From Pirellulales bacterium (lineage in GTDB: Bacteria; Planctomycetota; Planctomycetia; Pirellulales; PALSA-1355), in the NCBI GenBank assembly GCA_963733035.1, contig CAVTBU010000005.1, positions 2,080,001 through 2,144,000 of the forward strand: a DNA stretch of 64,000 nucleotides. Reading direction: 5' to 3'. Below are positions 21,513-31,835 of this stretch, piece by piece. The position numbers and the translations under genes were made by a program. Below the pieces are notes generated by a model that ran no database searches, was not told the DNA's origin, and worked only from the letters and a program-made list of their open reading frames with translations. Position 1 is the stretch's first letter. The number at the start of each line of letters is the position of its first letter.

Positions 21513-22961
21513 TTATTTGAGACAGCCGTTTTTCAAGACCCACGTATCCTTGCTACCGCCACCCTGCGACGAGTTCACCACCAGCGAGCCCTTCTTCAGC
21601 GCGACGCGCGTCAGTCCGCCAGGTAGCACGTAGATATCCTTGCCATAGAGGATATAAGGCCGCAAATCGACATGCCGACCTTCGAGCTTGTCTTCCACAA
21701 CCGTGGGCACCTGCGACAGCGACAGCATCGGCTGAGCCACATAGTTTCGCGGGTTGGCACGGATCAGCTCGCGGTACTTGTCGTGTTCCTCTCGAGAGGC
21801 CTTGGGGCCGAGCAAGATGCCATAGCCGCCCGACTCATTCGCCGGCTTGACGACAAGTTTGTCGATGTTGATCAGCACGTGCTCGCATTGTTGCGGATCG
21901 CCGCATACGAATGTCGGCACATTGGGCAACAGAATGTCTTCACCCAAGTAGTACTTGATCATGTCGGGCACATAGGCATACACGGCTTTGTCGTCGGCAA
22001 TGCCAGTGCCGGGGGCATTCGCCAGTGCTACGCGCCCCGATCGATACACGTCGATCAACCCTGGCACACCTAGCGTCGAATCGGCGCGGAACGTTAGCGG
22101 GTCGAGAAAATCGTCATCGAGTCGACGATAAATCACGTCCACGCGCTCGAAACCACTCGTGGTGCGCATGTAGACATAGCCGTCAATCACCACCAGGTCC
22201 GAACCCTGCACCAGTTCGACGCCCATTTGCTGGGCCAGGAAGCAATGCTCGAAGTAAGCCGAGTTGTAGATGCCCGGCGTCATCACCACGACGTTCGGAT
22301 CGCCGACCGACGGCGGCGCAATGTACTGCAACATGCGCAGCAGTTGTTCTGGATAATCCTCGACGGGTTGAATCGACAGCCCTTCGAAGATCTGCGGAAA
22401 CGTCCGCTTCATCACTTCGCGATTTTCGAGCACATACGACACGCCCGACGGACAGCGGAGGTTGTCTTCAAGCACATAGAATTGCCCATCGCCGTCACGC
22501 ACGAGGTCCGTACCCGTGATGTGGCACCAAATACCGTGCGGCGGGTCGAGTCCGGCGCAGCGCGAGAGCAAATTCTTCCCGGAGTCGATCAACCAGTCGG
22601 GAACAACCCCTTCCTTGATGATCCGCCGCTCATGGTAAATGTCGTCGATGAACAGATTGAGCGCCTGGATGCGCTGTTTCAAGCCACGTTCGACGTGGTG
22701 CCACTCTCGCGAGGAAATGATGCGCGGCACGATGTCAAACGGCCACACCTTCTCCGTACCGGCCTCGTGACCGTAGACGTTGAACGTGATGCCCATATTT
22801 AGCAGGGCCAGATCGGCGGCCTTCTGCCGCCGCTCGAGTTCGCCGTCCGACAGCGCGCTTAGACGCTGCGTGAGCATCTGCGCGAGCGGCCGAGGGTGGC
22901 CGTCGGACTCGAACATCTCGTCGTAGAATCCGCCGGTTTGATAGGCGTCGAACTTGACCAT
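21513..22961 (-). CDS. circularly permuted type 2 ATP-grasp protein
   Basis: [41 protein letters not shown]. Confidence 0.96.
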   Translation of the reverse strand: MVKFDAYQTGGFYDEMFESDGHPRPLAQMLTQRLSALSDGELERRQKAADLALLNMGITFNVYGHEAGTEKVWPFDIVPRIISSREWHHVERGLKQRIQALNLFIDDIYHERRIIKEGVVPDWLIDSGKNLLSRCAGLDPPHGIWCHITGTDLVRDGDGQFYVLEDNLRCPSGVSYVLENREVMKRTFPQIFEGLSIQPVEDYPEQLLRMLQYIAPPSVGDPNVVVMTPGIYNSAYFEHCFLAQQMGVELVQGSDLVVIDGYVYMRTTSGFERVDVIYRRLDDDFLDPLTFRADSTLGVPGLIDVYRSGRVALANAPGTGIADDKAVYAYVPDMIKYYLGEDILLPNVPTFVCGDPQQCEHVLINIDKLVVKPANESGGYGILLGPKASREEHDKYRELIRANPRNYVAQPMLSLSQVPTVVEDKLEGRHVDLRPYILYGKDIYVLPGGLTRVALKKGSLVVNSSQGGGSKDTWVLKNGCLK

Positions 22962-23386
22962 CGTACGCCTCCTAAAGATTCATCTCTTGCGCGGCCGCGC
23001 TTCCCTCTGATCGAATAGACGATCGTGCCGGCCGGTGCCCAGCAACAGGGCAGGGGCCGTCGAACGAATAGGCAATTCAACCGCAAAACGCCTGCTTATC
23101 TTAAGTTTCGTGTATCAGACGCAAACCACATGCCTAACGCAAGGCCCAACGTCCTGGCGTGCCGGCAGTTTGCTGCGGTTGCGAAAATCGTCCCGGCTCC
23201 GGTGCTCGAGGTTGTAGCGATCCGAGAAGCGACTCGACCAGCCACAAACGCACAGCCAAATAGTTGACTGAACAACCCGAATCATTCAACCGGAGCCCGC
23301 CCGTGGAGATTCGGCGCACGGTGAACGTCGAGTTCGCAACCCCAAAACAGGGACTTGTCGCGAAGCCACGCCGTCTGAGCGACGGA

Positions 23387-23797
23387 CTAGAGTGCGTAGC
23401 GACGACGGAAAAAGATGAGGAAATACACCAGCGCACCGACGGCCAAGGCAATCGCCGATGGCTCGGGGACCACGCTGATCATCCCTGGAGGGGCAGTTGC
23501 ACCGTGGCTCGACTTGGCGGCAAGCCCATCGTCGTCGATTCCAACGTGCGACGGTTCAGCCAATGTCACTGGCCATGAGTCTTCGGAGAGCGTGCCTGGC
23601 GTAACAGCCGGCCGATCACCTGTTGACACGGAAACTTCCGCGTCGCTGGTTCCGGTCTGCGGCTCGGCCGTGGTGCTGATCGTCACGGGCTTACCTGCCA
23701 ACAGGTCGTCCACCTGATCCGCATAACTGAAAGTGTCGCCAGCGTTTAGCGCTAAGAGAAGAGTGCCGATCACAATAGCGGTCCGGGTGGTCTTCAT
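23387..23797 (-). CDS. small PEP-CTERM protein
   Basis: Signal peptide; C-terminal VVPEPSAIALAVGALVYFLIFFRRR. Confidence 0.85.
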   Translation of the reverse strand: MKTTRTAIVIGTLLLALNAGDTFSYADQVDDLLAGKPVTISTTAEPQTGTSDAEVSVSTGDRPAVTPGTLSEDSWPVTLAEPSHVGIDDDGLAAKSSHGATAPPGMISVVPEPSAIALAVGALVYFLIFFRRRYAL

Positions 23798-24176
23798 CAG
23801 CGACCCTTCCACGTGCTTTGGCTCTTGCATCGATAGATTTCCGGTCTCGGCGATTCATCCAAAATGCCATAACTTGATGGCACACCGCCGAAATCAACCA
23901 TGTGACACATTATGTCAACGATAAAACGGACTGCAACCAGAAAATTCCCGAACTTAAGGATTTTTAGCGCAAATACGCCAATCACCGTCCGGTATTACGC
24001 TCCACGGCAAATATGTGGAGCGAATGCCAAGATTCAGCGGCCGCGAGTTCCTTCCAGTGGTTCTTTAACAGATCATCCCCGCAGTCCGAAACCACCCCGT
24101 CGAAAATCCGGGCTCCCCCTCCAGGCTGCCAGCATTCCGCGGTTGCACGGATCGTCGCCCCGAGGCGCTTTCCCAG

Positions 24177-25664
24177 TCAATTCCCTTCGCGCGCCGAGCG
24201 CTTCATGAGTTCAATATTTCGCTCGGTGTCACTTGGCCCCTTGGCCGACTTCCGCCGCCCCCCCAGGTACACGGCCATGTCGCTGTCGTACATCGCCTCC
24301 GGTTCGGGCTGGCGTCCGAAGTCACCGGTGGACGTCTCCCAAGCCGCAAGACGCTCGCGAAGTTGCCCAAGCACCGCCGAATAATCCGGATTGTCGGCCA
24401 GGTTCGTCAACTCATGCGGATCCGCTTCGAGGTCGTACAACTCCTCGGCCGGACGCGTGGGAGCAAACAGCAGCTTCTCTTGAAGTTGATTGAGTTGACC
24501 GTCTGCGTGCAGCTCGCGCAGCCGCTGAATGATCGCTTTGCCGTCCTTGTATGCGTTTGGCTGCAAGTGTGGTCGTTGGTTCAGATAGTTGCGGATGTAC
24601 TTAAACTGCTCGGTGCGCACGGCACGAATGTGCTCCACCGTCTCATCGCAACGGTCGCGAGCGGAGAATACCGCGTCGCGCGGCCGATAGTCCGTCGCCA
24701 ACAGATCGCGGCCTTGCATCCACTTGGGCACGTCGATGCCGGCGAGCGCCAATGATGTCGCGGTCATATCAATGTGCTCGATCAGATCGTCGCGAACGGC
24801 ACCGGCCGGGATACCCGGCCCACGAATCACAAACGGCACGTGAATTCCTTCGTCGTACAGGAACTGTTTTCCGCGGGCATGGCTGATACCGTGATCGGTC
24901 ATGAAAAACACGACCGTCTCGTCGAGGATTCCTTCGTTTTCGAGCCGCATCATGACGTCGCCAACTTCCTTGTCGGTGTAACGCACGGAGTCGAGATAAC
25001 GAGCCCAATCTTCCACGAGCACAGGGTCGCGCGGATAGTATGGCGGCAAAACGACCACCTCGGGTGACACGTTGCTGCCTAGTTCGCGAAACACCCGCTT
25101 CGCCCAGGCGTCGTATTGCTGGGGATGAGCGCCGCGGTACTTGCCGCCATGCAGCTCAACTTGCATGAAGAACGGTTGGCCTGGCTGGCGGCCTGCCCAG
25201 TCGCCTGCATCGTAAATCGCCGGATCCCACTCGAAGTTGTAGTCGGTTTTGCCCAGCCGCCCGGATTTAACTCCTGGCCCACCGATGCATGTGTAGTATC
25301 CCGCCCGCTTGAACAGCGCCGGCACCGGTTCCACGCCGTCTGGCAAATGAATCTTGAGTTCACCGCGTCCGCTACGGTGATGATGCGCACCGATGGTGGT
25401 TTGGTAGCAACCGGTGATCAATGCGGAGCGGCACGGCGAACATACGGGAGCTGTGACAAACGCCCTGGTAAACCTCGTACCCTCTCGTGCCAAGCGATCG
25501 ACGTAAGGCGTCTTGATGGCCGTCTCGCCATAGCAGGAAAAGTTCGCCGACATGTCGTCGACGAAAATCCAGACAATGTTGGGCCGCGCCGCCGGAGCGG
25601 AATGAACTGGCACAACGTTCAACGTAACGACCAGCAGGAGAGACAAACGGAGTCTTCGGAGCAT
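24177..25664 (-). CDS. sulfatase (formylglycine-dependent)
   Basis: RPNIVWIFVDD, CSPCR, DHG, ELYDLEADPHELTNLA; signal peptide. Confidence 0.95.
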   Translation of the reverse strand: MLRRLRLSLLLVVTLNVVPVHSAPAARPNIVWIFVDDMSANFSCYGETAIKTPYVDRLAREGTRFTRAFVTAPVCSPCRSALITGCYQTTIGAHHHRSGRGELKIHLPDGVEPVPALFKRAGYYTCIGGPGVKSGRLGKTDYNFEWDPAIYDAGDWAGRQPGQPFFMQVELHGGKYRGAHPQQYDAWAKRVFRELGSNVSPEVVVLPPYYPRDPVLVEDWARYLDSVRYTDKEVGDVMMRLENEGILDETVVFFMTDHGISHARGKQFLYDEGIHVPFVIRGPGIPAGAVRDDLIEHIDMTATSLALAGIDVPKWMQGRDLLATDYRPRDAVFSARDRCDETVEHIRAVRTEQFKYIRNYLNQRPHLQPNAYKDGKAIIQRLRELHADGQLNQLQEKLLFAPTRPAEELYDLEADPHELTNLADNPDYSAVLGQLRERLAAWETSTGDFGRQPEPEAMYDSDMAVYLGGRRKSAKGPSDTERNIELMKRSAREGN

Positions 25665-25863
25665 CGACGGAAACCTCCAGTGCAATGGTTGGCACGCGGG
25701 CTGGCTACCAGCCTAATAGAGCGCACTGGCCGGCTCAAATCGCAACCCCCGGACAGCCCGTTCCTGCTCGGCGCCGTCCCGTGGTGCGCCCACTTCCTTT
25801 TGCGACGTCGCTCGCATGCCGGCCGGGGTTGGAGCGTCAATTGACGGACGGAAATCAAAGATG

Positions 25864-25902
25864 TTGACACGACGTGTTATTTCGACAATACTGTCGAAAT
25901 AA
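25864..25902 (+). promoter_or_regulatory. promoter with overlapping palindromic operator (probable TetR site)
   Basis: TTGACA at 25864, AATACT 17 nt later; perfect inverted repeat TTATTTCGACA-ATAC-TGTCGAAATAA at 25877-25902. Confidence 0.8.
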
Positions 25903-25919
25903 GGTTGAGGGACTTCGAT

Positions 25920-26501
25920 ATGCCGAAACTCGTCGACCACGACAGCCTGCGGCGTCAAATTCGTGCGGCCGCGACAGAGGTATTTGCCGCGCGCGGCGTC
26001 AAAGGCACTGGCCTGGCTCACGTTGCCGACGCGATGGGCATTGGCCGCTCAAGTCTCTACCACTACTACTCCGACAAGGCCACGCTGATTGCGGATATCG
26101 CCAGTGATCTGCTTGCGCGGGAAGCCAAGATGTTCCGCGAAGCCTTGGAGGATGACCGACCCGTTGAACAGAGACTAAACACGTTAATCCGCCAGCTCAC
26201 AAGCGTACTGGACGAGTGGGCCGCGGTCGGACCGGCAGTGCTCGATCTGCGCTCGGTAACGAGTCCTCAGTTCCGGAAGTTTTACCGTCGGATCCGTCAG
26301 GACCTGGCCGCGCTTATTGCCGAAGGGCAGCGGGCTGGCCAGTTTGGAACGCAACTCAGCGCGGACCACGCCTCGAGCCTTGTCATTGCAATCGTCGACG
26401 GATTGCTACTGCAGTACATGGCCGATGCGCGGGCGATTCCTCGCGGTCGACAACTTGAGCGTCTTTTGGCATGGTCCATTTGGAGACTCCTTCAGCCATG
26501 A
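25920..26501 (+). CDS. TetR/AcrR family transcriptional regulator
   Basis: AATEVFAARGVKGTGLAHVADAMGIGRSSLYHYYSDK; GAGG SD upstream. Confidence 0.95.
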   Translation: MPKLVDHDSLRRQIRAAATEVFAARGVKGTGLAHVADAMGIGRSSLYHYYSDKATLIADIASDLLAREAKMFREALEDDRPVEQRLNTLIRQLTSVLDEWAAVGPAVLDLRSVTSPQFRKFYRRIRQDLAALIAEGQRAGQFGTQLSADHASSLVIAIVDGLLLQYMADARAIPRGRQLERLLAWSIWRLLQP

Positions 26502-27147
26502 GCACACTTGCGCTAATGCGATGGCTTGAGTCGGCTCCCGATCGCTACGACTGGGGAATGATTGCACTGACGCTTGGACGGGTGCGCGAGCTTCATCGGG
26601 CCATCGCCACCGCGGCGGTGCGCTCGGCCGGCACCAGGGTGCTCGAAATCGGCTGCGGAACGGGAACGGTTACGTGGTTGATGGCCGAATTGGGCGCGAT
26701 TGTAACCGGCGTCGACCAGAATCCGCAAATGCTTGAAATCGCCCGTCAGCGACTGACGAAGTATGCCGGGATTGAATTCGTCGAACAGACCGCCGCGGAA
26801 ATCGACTCATTTGGCGACGGCGCCTTCGACGCGGTCGTGGCAAGCCTGTCGCTGTCAGAAATGTCGAGCGATGAGCGAATCTATGTGTTCCAGCAGGCCA
26901 GAAAGCTGCTCGCCGACAATGGAGTTTTGGTGGTCGGCGACGAAGTGATTGCCCGGCCCTATTGGGCCCGAGTGTTGCAATTTGTCCTGCGACTGCCTCA
27001 AGCGCTAATGGGCTGGATTCTGGTTGGCAGCGTCTCGCGCCCATCCGCGATCTGCCCGGCGAATTACATCGCGCTGGCTTCGAAGTACGGCAAGAACGGT
27101 TCTTCCTAATGCGAACATTGACGGTAGTCGTTGCCGAGCCCGAATGA
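26498..27147 (+). CDS. cpaM: class I SAM-dependent methyltransferase, corrinoid-protein-associated (CpaM-like); apparent frameshift near 27040
   Basis: LESAPDRYD N-terminus, VLEIGCGTG, GVDQNPQML, FDAVVASLSLSE; ATGA overlaps with both neighbours once the frameshift is repaired; family name recalled, not searched. Confidence 0.75.
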
Positions 27148-28271
27148 TGCGTACACTTCCCAAACGCTTCGTGCATCTATTGCTGGATGTTCTTCAGACC
27201 ATCTTCCGCATGCTTCCGTGGCCCACGCAGACCGGGTTGCGAATCATCGGAAACCCAGGACCCACGAGTCCCGTGTTGATCACGGGGAACTACGATTTGA
27301 CCGTGCGTCGCCTGTTGCGCGCCATGCGGGGATACGACGCCTGGCTGATCGTCGCGCCGTCGCAGGGCGTCAACGTCTGGTGTGCCGCGGCGGGCGGACA
27401 TTTCGGAACGCATCAGGTCGTCACCGCAATCAAGACCTCGGGCATCGAACAGCGCGTTCAGCACCGCCATGCGATTCTGCCGCAATTGGCCGGCACGGGC
27501 GTTGTCGCGCAAGATGTCGCTCGCCGCGTCGGCTGGCGCGTGGCATTTGGTCCCGTTTACGCGAAGGATTTGCCGGCCTTTCTCAACGCCGGACAGCAAG
27601 CCACCGCCGCGATGCGCCGCGCCCATTTCACGCCGCGCGAGCGGCTGGAAATGATGATCGCCTGGGCGGCACCGACCAGCCTCGTGTTGGCCATTGGTTT
27701 TGGCCTCCTTGCGAGGGAGTGGCTCTTACCGGTGCTGGTTCTCACCTGGATCTTGGCCGCGACCGTTTACCTATTTGTATTCGAGTGGATCCCCGGCCCT
27801 CGCAAAGTCGTGCTGGCCGCAATTTCGACGGGCCTGGCCTCCGCCTACGTTTTCACCACTGGCGGGAGCACCCTGACAACCGTCGCTGCCGGAGTCATCG
27901 CGTTCGGCCTCGCGTGGCTGCTGTCCTTCGATTACACCGGCTCGACACCCGATCACGCGGTCGATCATTTTGACGAATCGGACTTTCACATCGCGCTGGA
28001 CAAGGACCGCTGCACCGGTGCGTTCGTGTGCTTGAAAGTCTGCCCCGAGGGCGTGTTCGAACCAGCAGCCAAGGCGAAGAAGATCGACCTCGTGCATGGC
28101 GAACAATGCGTGCGCTGCGCGGCCTGCATTGTCCAGTGTCCAAGAGATGCGCTTTTTCTAGAAGACCATCAAGGCCGCCGTATCACGCCTGACGTCATTC
28201 GTCAATTCAAGCTCAATCTGCTCGGCCGTCGCGCGACTGTGGCGGCCGGCTCGAATACGTCACGCGAATAA
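27144..28271 (+). CDS. HgcAB-like fusion: corrinoid-binding (CdhD/HgcA-type) domain, ~4 TM helices, C-terminal ferredoxin
   Basis: GNPGPTSPVLITGNYDLT, GVNVWCAAAGG, ILPQLAGTGV, FGPVYAKDLPAFL; CTGAFVCLKVCP and CVRCAACIVQCP. Confidence 0.92.
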   Translation: MMRTLPKRFVHLLLDVLQTIFRMLPWPTQTGLRIIGNPGPTSPVLITGNYDLTVRRLLRAMRGYDAWLIVAPSQGVNVWCAAAGGHFGTHQVVTAIKTSGIEQRVQHRHAILPQLAGTGVVAQDVARRVGWRVAFGPVYAKDLPAFLNAGQQATAAMRRAHFTPRERLEMMIAWAAPTSLVLAIGFGLLAREWLLPVLVLTWILAATVYLFVFEWIPGPRKVVLAAISTGLASAYVFTTGGSTLTTVAAGVIAFGLAWLLSFDYTGSTPDHAVDHFDESDFHIALDKDRCTGAFVCLKVCPEGVFEPAAKAKKIDLVHGEQCVRCAACIVQCPRDALFLEDHQGRRITPDVIRQFKLNLLGRRATVAAGSNTSRE

Positions 28272-28327
28272 GTCGCGTGGCCGAGTGAATTCCGTGACTC
28301 GTGGCACCGCTCCAACTGGGCACTCCG

Positions 28328-29323
28328 TCACTTCGACGCGGCCTTTTCCGACGGGTACTTTTCGTCAAAACGTTTCATGATTTCCTTCCAGTTGGTGAAC
28401 AGCACTCCCTCGCGTTCGAAGAAAGCCAGCACGTCCGGGTCGTCGAACATCTGGGCTTCCCAGCTTCGTTGTCGCCAGCTGCCAGTAATGTGCTTGAGAC
28501 CCTCGGTCAGCGTGGAGGGATGAAAGATAATCTCGTTCAACCCCGGCGAAAGCGAACGCATGAGTTCGTAAAACTTCTGTTTCTTGTCTTCGTAATTTTC
28601 TCCGTCGAGCGTGGAGTTGAAGTCGTCGAGCTTCGGCAGCTTATAGTTCTGCATCAACTCCAGGCCTTGTTTCGTGATCGGGTAGCCCTTCTTGCGAAAC
28701 TTTTCAATCACAGCGGGCGTCGGCTCCACGACCATCGCGGGAATGTGGTACTCCTCCGCCACGGTCATGTAGGCCTTCGTATAGTCAGGACGCGCGTAGA
28801 GCGTGCCCATGTGGGTGTCGATATGGCTGGGGCGAATACCGCGCGAAATGGCTCGTTCGACCTGAGCACGGATTTCCGTTTCGATCTCCTCGGCCGAGGC
28901 ATGCGTGGCTGTGTCGATCACGTCGCGACGGAGATAGCCGTCTTCGTCGACCATGCCGGGTACCTTGTCCTTGCCGGCCACGGGCGGCCAGCGGTACCAC
29001 TTCCATTCGCTGTTCATCGCCAAGTGCAGCCCCATGTCGTGCTGCGGATTCTCCTTGTACCAATTGGCGATTTCGTTGAACCAAGGGCAGGGGACCATCA
29101 TTGCGGCCGATTGAATCCGCCCGTTCGACAGGTAGTTCTTGGCCGCGTCGTTCGCCTCGTAGCACATGCCAATGTCGTCGGCATGCAGGATCAGAACGAT
29201 CTTGCCCGAGGGATAGCCGAGTTTTTCGGCCCAGGTTTCGGCACGCGCCGAGAGCGACGCGGCGAGAGTAACGAATCCAAACAAAACGGCGAAGCGAAAC
29301 CAGGACGAAGTTGAGCGATGCAT
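28328..29323 (-). CDS. secreted ChbG/YdjC-family carbohydrate deacetylase
   Basis: ILHADDIGM, MGLHL, PSHIDTHMG, EIIFHP; signal peptide. Confidence 0.88.
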   Translation of the reverse strand: MHRSTSSWFRFAVLFGFVTLAASLSARAETWAEKLGYPSGKIVLILHADDIGMCYEANDAAKNYLSNGRIQSAAMMVPCPWFNEIANWYKENPQHDMGLHLAMNSEWKWYRWPPVAGKDKVPGMVDEDGYLRRDVIDTATHASAEEIETEIRAQVERAISRGIRPSHIDTHMGTLYARPDYTKAYMTVAEEYHIPAMVVEPTPAVIEKFRKKGYPITKQGLELMQNYKLPKLDDFNSTLDGENYEDKKQKFYELMRSLSPGLNEIIFHPSTLTEGLKHITGSWRQRSWEAQMFDDPDVLAFFEREGVLFTNWKEIMKRFDEKYPSEKAASK

Positions 29324-29497
29324 GACTTGGAAGATCCCGGGGAGAGCGGACGATGATGGTTGGCCACCGCACGCGGGCGGCGAGTTCGATTGTGGATGCC
29401 GGTCGCGCGGGCGTCAAGCAATAGCGAGTCCCCTTGCGCGATGGCTGGCCGCCGTCCGGTCAGGCTGCGAAAAGATCGCTTCGCAATCAGAGTTTGA

Positions 29498-30580
29498 CTA
29501 CGGCCTACCCCCTGTGATTGCCGATTCGTCGAACGTAGCCACGTTAATCTGGCTCCGCGCGTGCGATGTGTACACCAGGCGAATCTTGCCGTCCTTGCCC
29601 TGAATGGCATACGGATAGGCATAGTCAAAGTCACCGGTCGCGATATTCCGGCGGTGTGGCCAGGTCTTGCCGCCGTCGGTCGAAATGGCGGCGGTCAAGG
29701 GCGTCCTGTTGACTGGGCTGTCGTTGTACACGAGCAGCAAATGTCCATTCTTCAGCTTCAGCAGGTCGACGGCGGCGTTTGGATTGGGAAACTCAGTGTC
29801 GGTTCCTTCGCTCCAAGTTTGCCCGCCATCGTGCGACTCAGCCCGGACGATGAATCCCTCGGTCCCCGGGCCATAACCGCCCCCACGGCGACAATAGGCT
29901 AGCAGGTCGTTCTCGGTCAATTGAACCACCGACGGCTGAATATTGCCGCGCTTCGAGCGAATCGGCTCCGAGCGGTTCCATCGCTTGGTCTTCGGATTGA
30001 ATCGCAAGAACAGCGACACGCTGTCCGAACCCACCAGTTCGGTATCGTGCCCGGTTTCACGATAGACCGGTAGCAGATACTCGCCGCTCTCGAGCAACAG
30101 AGGTCGGCTGCGAACCATCATGCCTTCTTCGAGGGCCACCAAAAAGGAATCGCTCCAGGTATGTCCGCGATCATGCGAAAGCTTGGCAGCGATTCGCGAC
30201 GTGCTCCAGGTATCGCCGAACCGCACGACGTAAAACAACCACACGACGCCGTCGGGGGCTTGCCACACCACGGCGTTGCCGTCGGAATAGAAGGGCGTGT
30301 CGGCAATGACCTCGGGCTCAGACCATTTGGATTCGCCCACCTTCTTGCGCATGCCGTAGTCGGCGGTCACGTCGGCATACTCGCCGTCGCCACCGTAATA
30401 CGCGATGTATAAGTCGCCGTTGTCGAACTCTTCGATTGTCGCCGGATGCTTATACTTGCCGGGATATTCGGGGCCAATCACTCGCTCGAATTGAATATCA
30501 TCGGCCGCTTCGGCAAGCGGCGCCGCTACCAGGCTAGCGGCGAGGGACAGAAACAGAACGGGTAGAACAGGGAACTTCAT
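29498..30580 (-). CDS. secreted BNR-repeat sialidase-like glycoside hydrolase
   Basis: Asp-boxes SHDRGHTW, SHDGGQTW, STDGGKTW; YAYP near the C-terminus. Confidence 0.88.
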   Translation of the reverse strand: MKFPVLPVLFLSLAASLVAAPLAEAADDIQFERVIGPEYPGKYKHPATIEEFDNGDLYIAYYGGDGEYADVTADYGMRKKVGESKWSEPEVIADTPFYSDGNAVVWQAPDGVVWLFYVVRFGDTWSTSRIAAKLSHDRGHTWSDSFLVALEEGMMVRSRPLLLESGEYLLPVYRETGHDTELVGSDSVSLFLRFNPKTKRWNRSEPIRSKRGNIQPSVVQLTENDLLAYCRRGGGYGPGTEGFIVRAESHDGGQTWSEGTDTEFPNPNAAVDLLKLKNGHLLLVYNDSPVNRTPLTAAISTDGGKTWPHRRNIATGDFDYAYPYAIQGKDGKIRLVYTSHARSQINVATFDESAITGGRP

Positions 30581-30638
30581 CGGTGCAACTCAGCGGTGGG
30601 GCTCGATTGAGGTTTGGCGGTGGCTGTTCAGTATACCC

Positions 30639-31655
30639 TCAATCGTCGTACAGCATCACCATTGTCCGTCCATCGGATGTAACGTAGCCTCGGAACAAGC
30701 CGGGCGTATTGAACGGGGCCGTGAATTGACCATCCGCGCCGAGGGCGATCACACCCCCTTCGCCGCCGGCCGGTTTGAGCTTCTTTTGGATCACTTCGGC
30801 GGCCGCCGCTTCGATCGACATTCCCCTGTATTTCATCAGCGCGGCGATGTCGTGGCAGGCGGCGTAGCGAATGAAGTATTCGCCCTCGCCGGTCCCGGAC
30901 ACCGCACACACGCCATTCTCGGCATAGGTGCCGGCACCGACGATCGGTGAGTCGCCGATGCGGCCGTACATCTTGTTGTTGCGGCCACCGGTCGAGGTGG
31001 CGGCCGCCAAATTGCCTGCCGTGTCGCGGGCAACGGCTCCGACAGTTCCCCAGGGTTCTTTCTCCGTCAGCTCGGTACTCGCTTGCCGCTTGGCCTCCTC
31101 GGCTTCACGCTGCCAAACTTTTTGAATTTGCCGCCAGCGTCGTTCGGTCCAGAAGTAGGCCGGATCGACGGTTTCCAAGCCCACCTTGGCGGCGAACACT
31201 TCGGCGCCCCGTCCGGCAAGAATCACGTGCTTCGTCTTCTCCATCACGGCGCGGGCCGCGGTGACCGGATTCTTGATGACCGTGACACTGGCAACGGCTC
31301 CTGCCTGCAGGTTGCGGCCGTCCATGATCGAGGCGTCCATCTCGTTCTGGCCTTCGTGCGTGAACACCGCGCCTTTGCCAGCATTAAAGTGGGGCGAGTC
31401 TTCCAATACCCGCACCGCCGCCTCGACGGCGTCGAGTGCCGTGCCGCCAGATCGCTTGAGCACCGCTTGGCCGGTTTCCAGAGCCCGTTGCATGTCGGCT
31501 CGCACCAACTTTTCGAGCTCTGGCGAGAGCTCCGCCCGGGCGCCAGCCGCGCCGCCATGTATCGCCAGCACAACATTCGGCACGGGCGAGTCGGCCGAAA
31601 CGACCGAAGCCACGACGGCCACCATGAGAAGCGAGAATAACAGACTTTGCAGCAT
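30639..31655 (-). CDS. iaaA: isoaspartyl peptidase/L-asparaginase (Ntn hydrolase), with signal peptide
   Basis: LAIHGGA, FNAGKG, GTVGAVA, ATSTGG, GRIGDSP, VSGTGEGE. Confidence 0.93.
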   Translation of the reverse strand: MLQSLLFSLLMVAVVASVVSADSPVPNVVLAIHGGAAGARAELSPELEKLVRADMQRALETGQAVLKRSGGTALDAVEAAVRVLEDSPHFNAGKGAVFTHEGQNEMDASIMDGRNLQAGAVASVTVIKNPVTAARAVMEKTKHVILAGRGAEVFAAKVGLETVDPAYFWTERRWRQIQKVWQREAEEAKRQASTELTEKEPWGTVGAVARDTAGNLAAATSTGGRNNKMYGRIGDSPIVGAGTYAENGVCAVSGTGEGEYFIRYAACHDIAALMKYRGMSIEAAAAEVIQKKLKPAGGEGGVIALGADGQFTAPFNTPGLFRGYVTSDGRTMVMLYDD

Positions 31656-31835
31656 GAGCACGGCCCTCAAAACTTGAAGAAGCCAACGGGGCGGAACGGC
31701 AAAATGCCGCGATTCAGGATATGCGGGGACAACGTCGCGATCAAACTGGAGTTCGCCCCGTTTACAGCGCGCGCTAAGTTTCCGATGATGCAGATCGTAC
31801 TTGCCTCTCCAGCACCTGTGTCACCCGGCATTTCC

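Noticed and set aside
27144..28271. Calling this a bona fide hgcA/hgcB mercury-methylation locus
   Set aside because: Fused architecture, AAAGG instead of AAGK, an altered first Fe-S motif and no HgcB C-terminal cysteines; Hg methylation cannot be inferred
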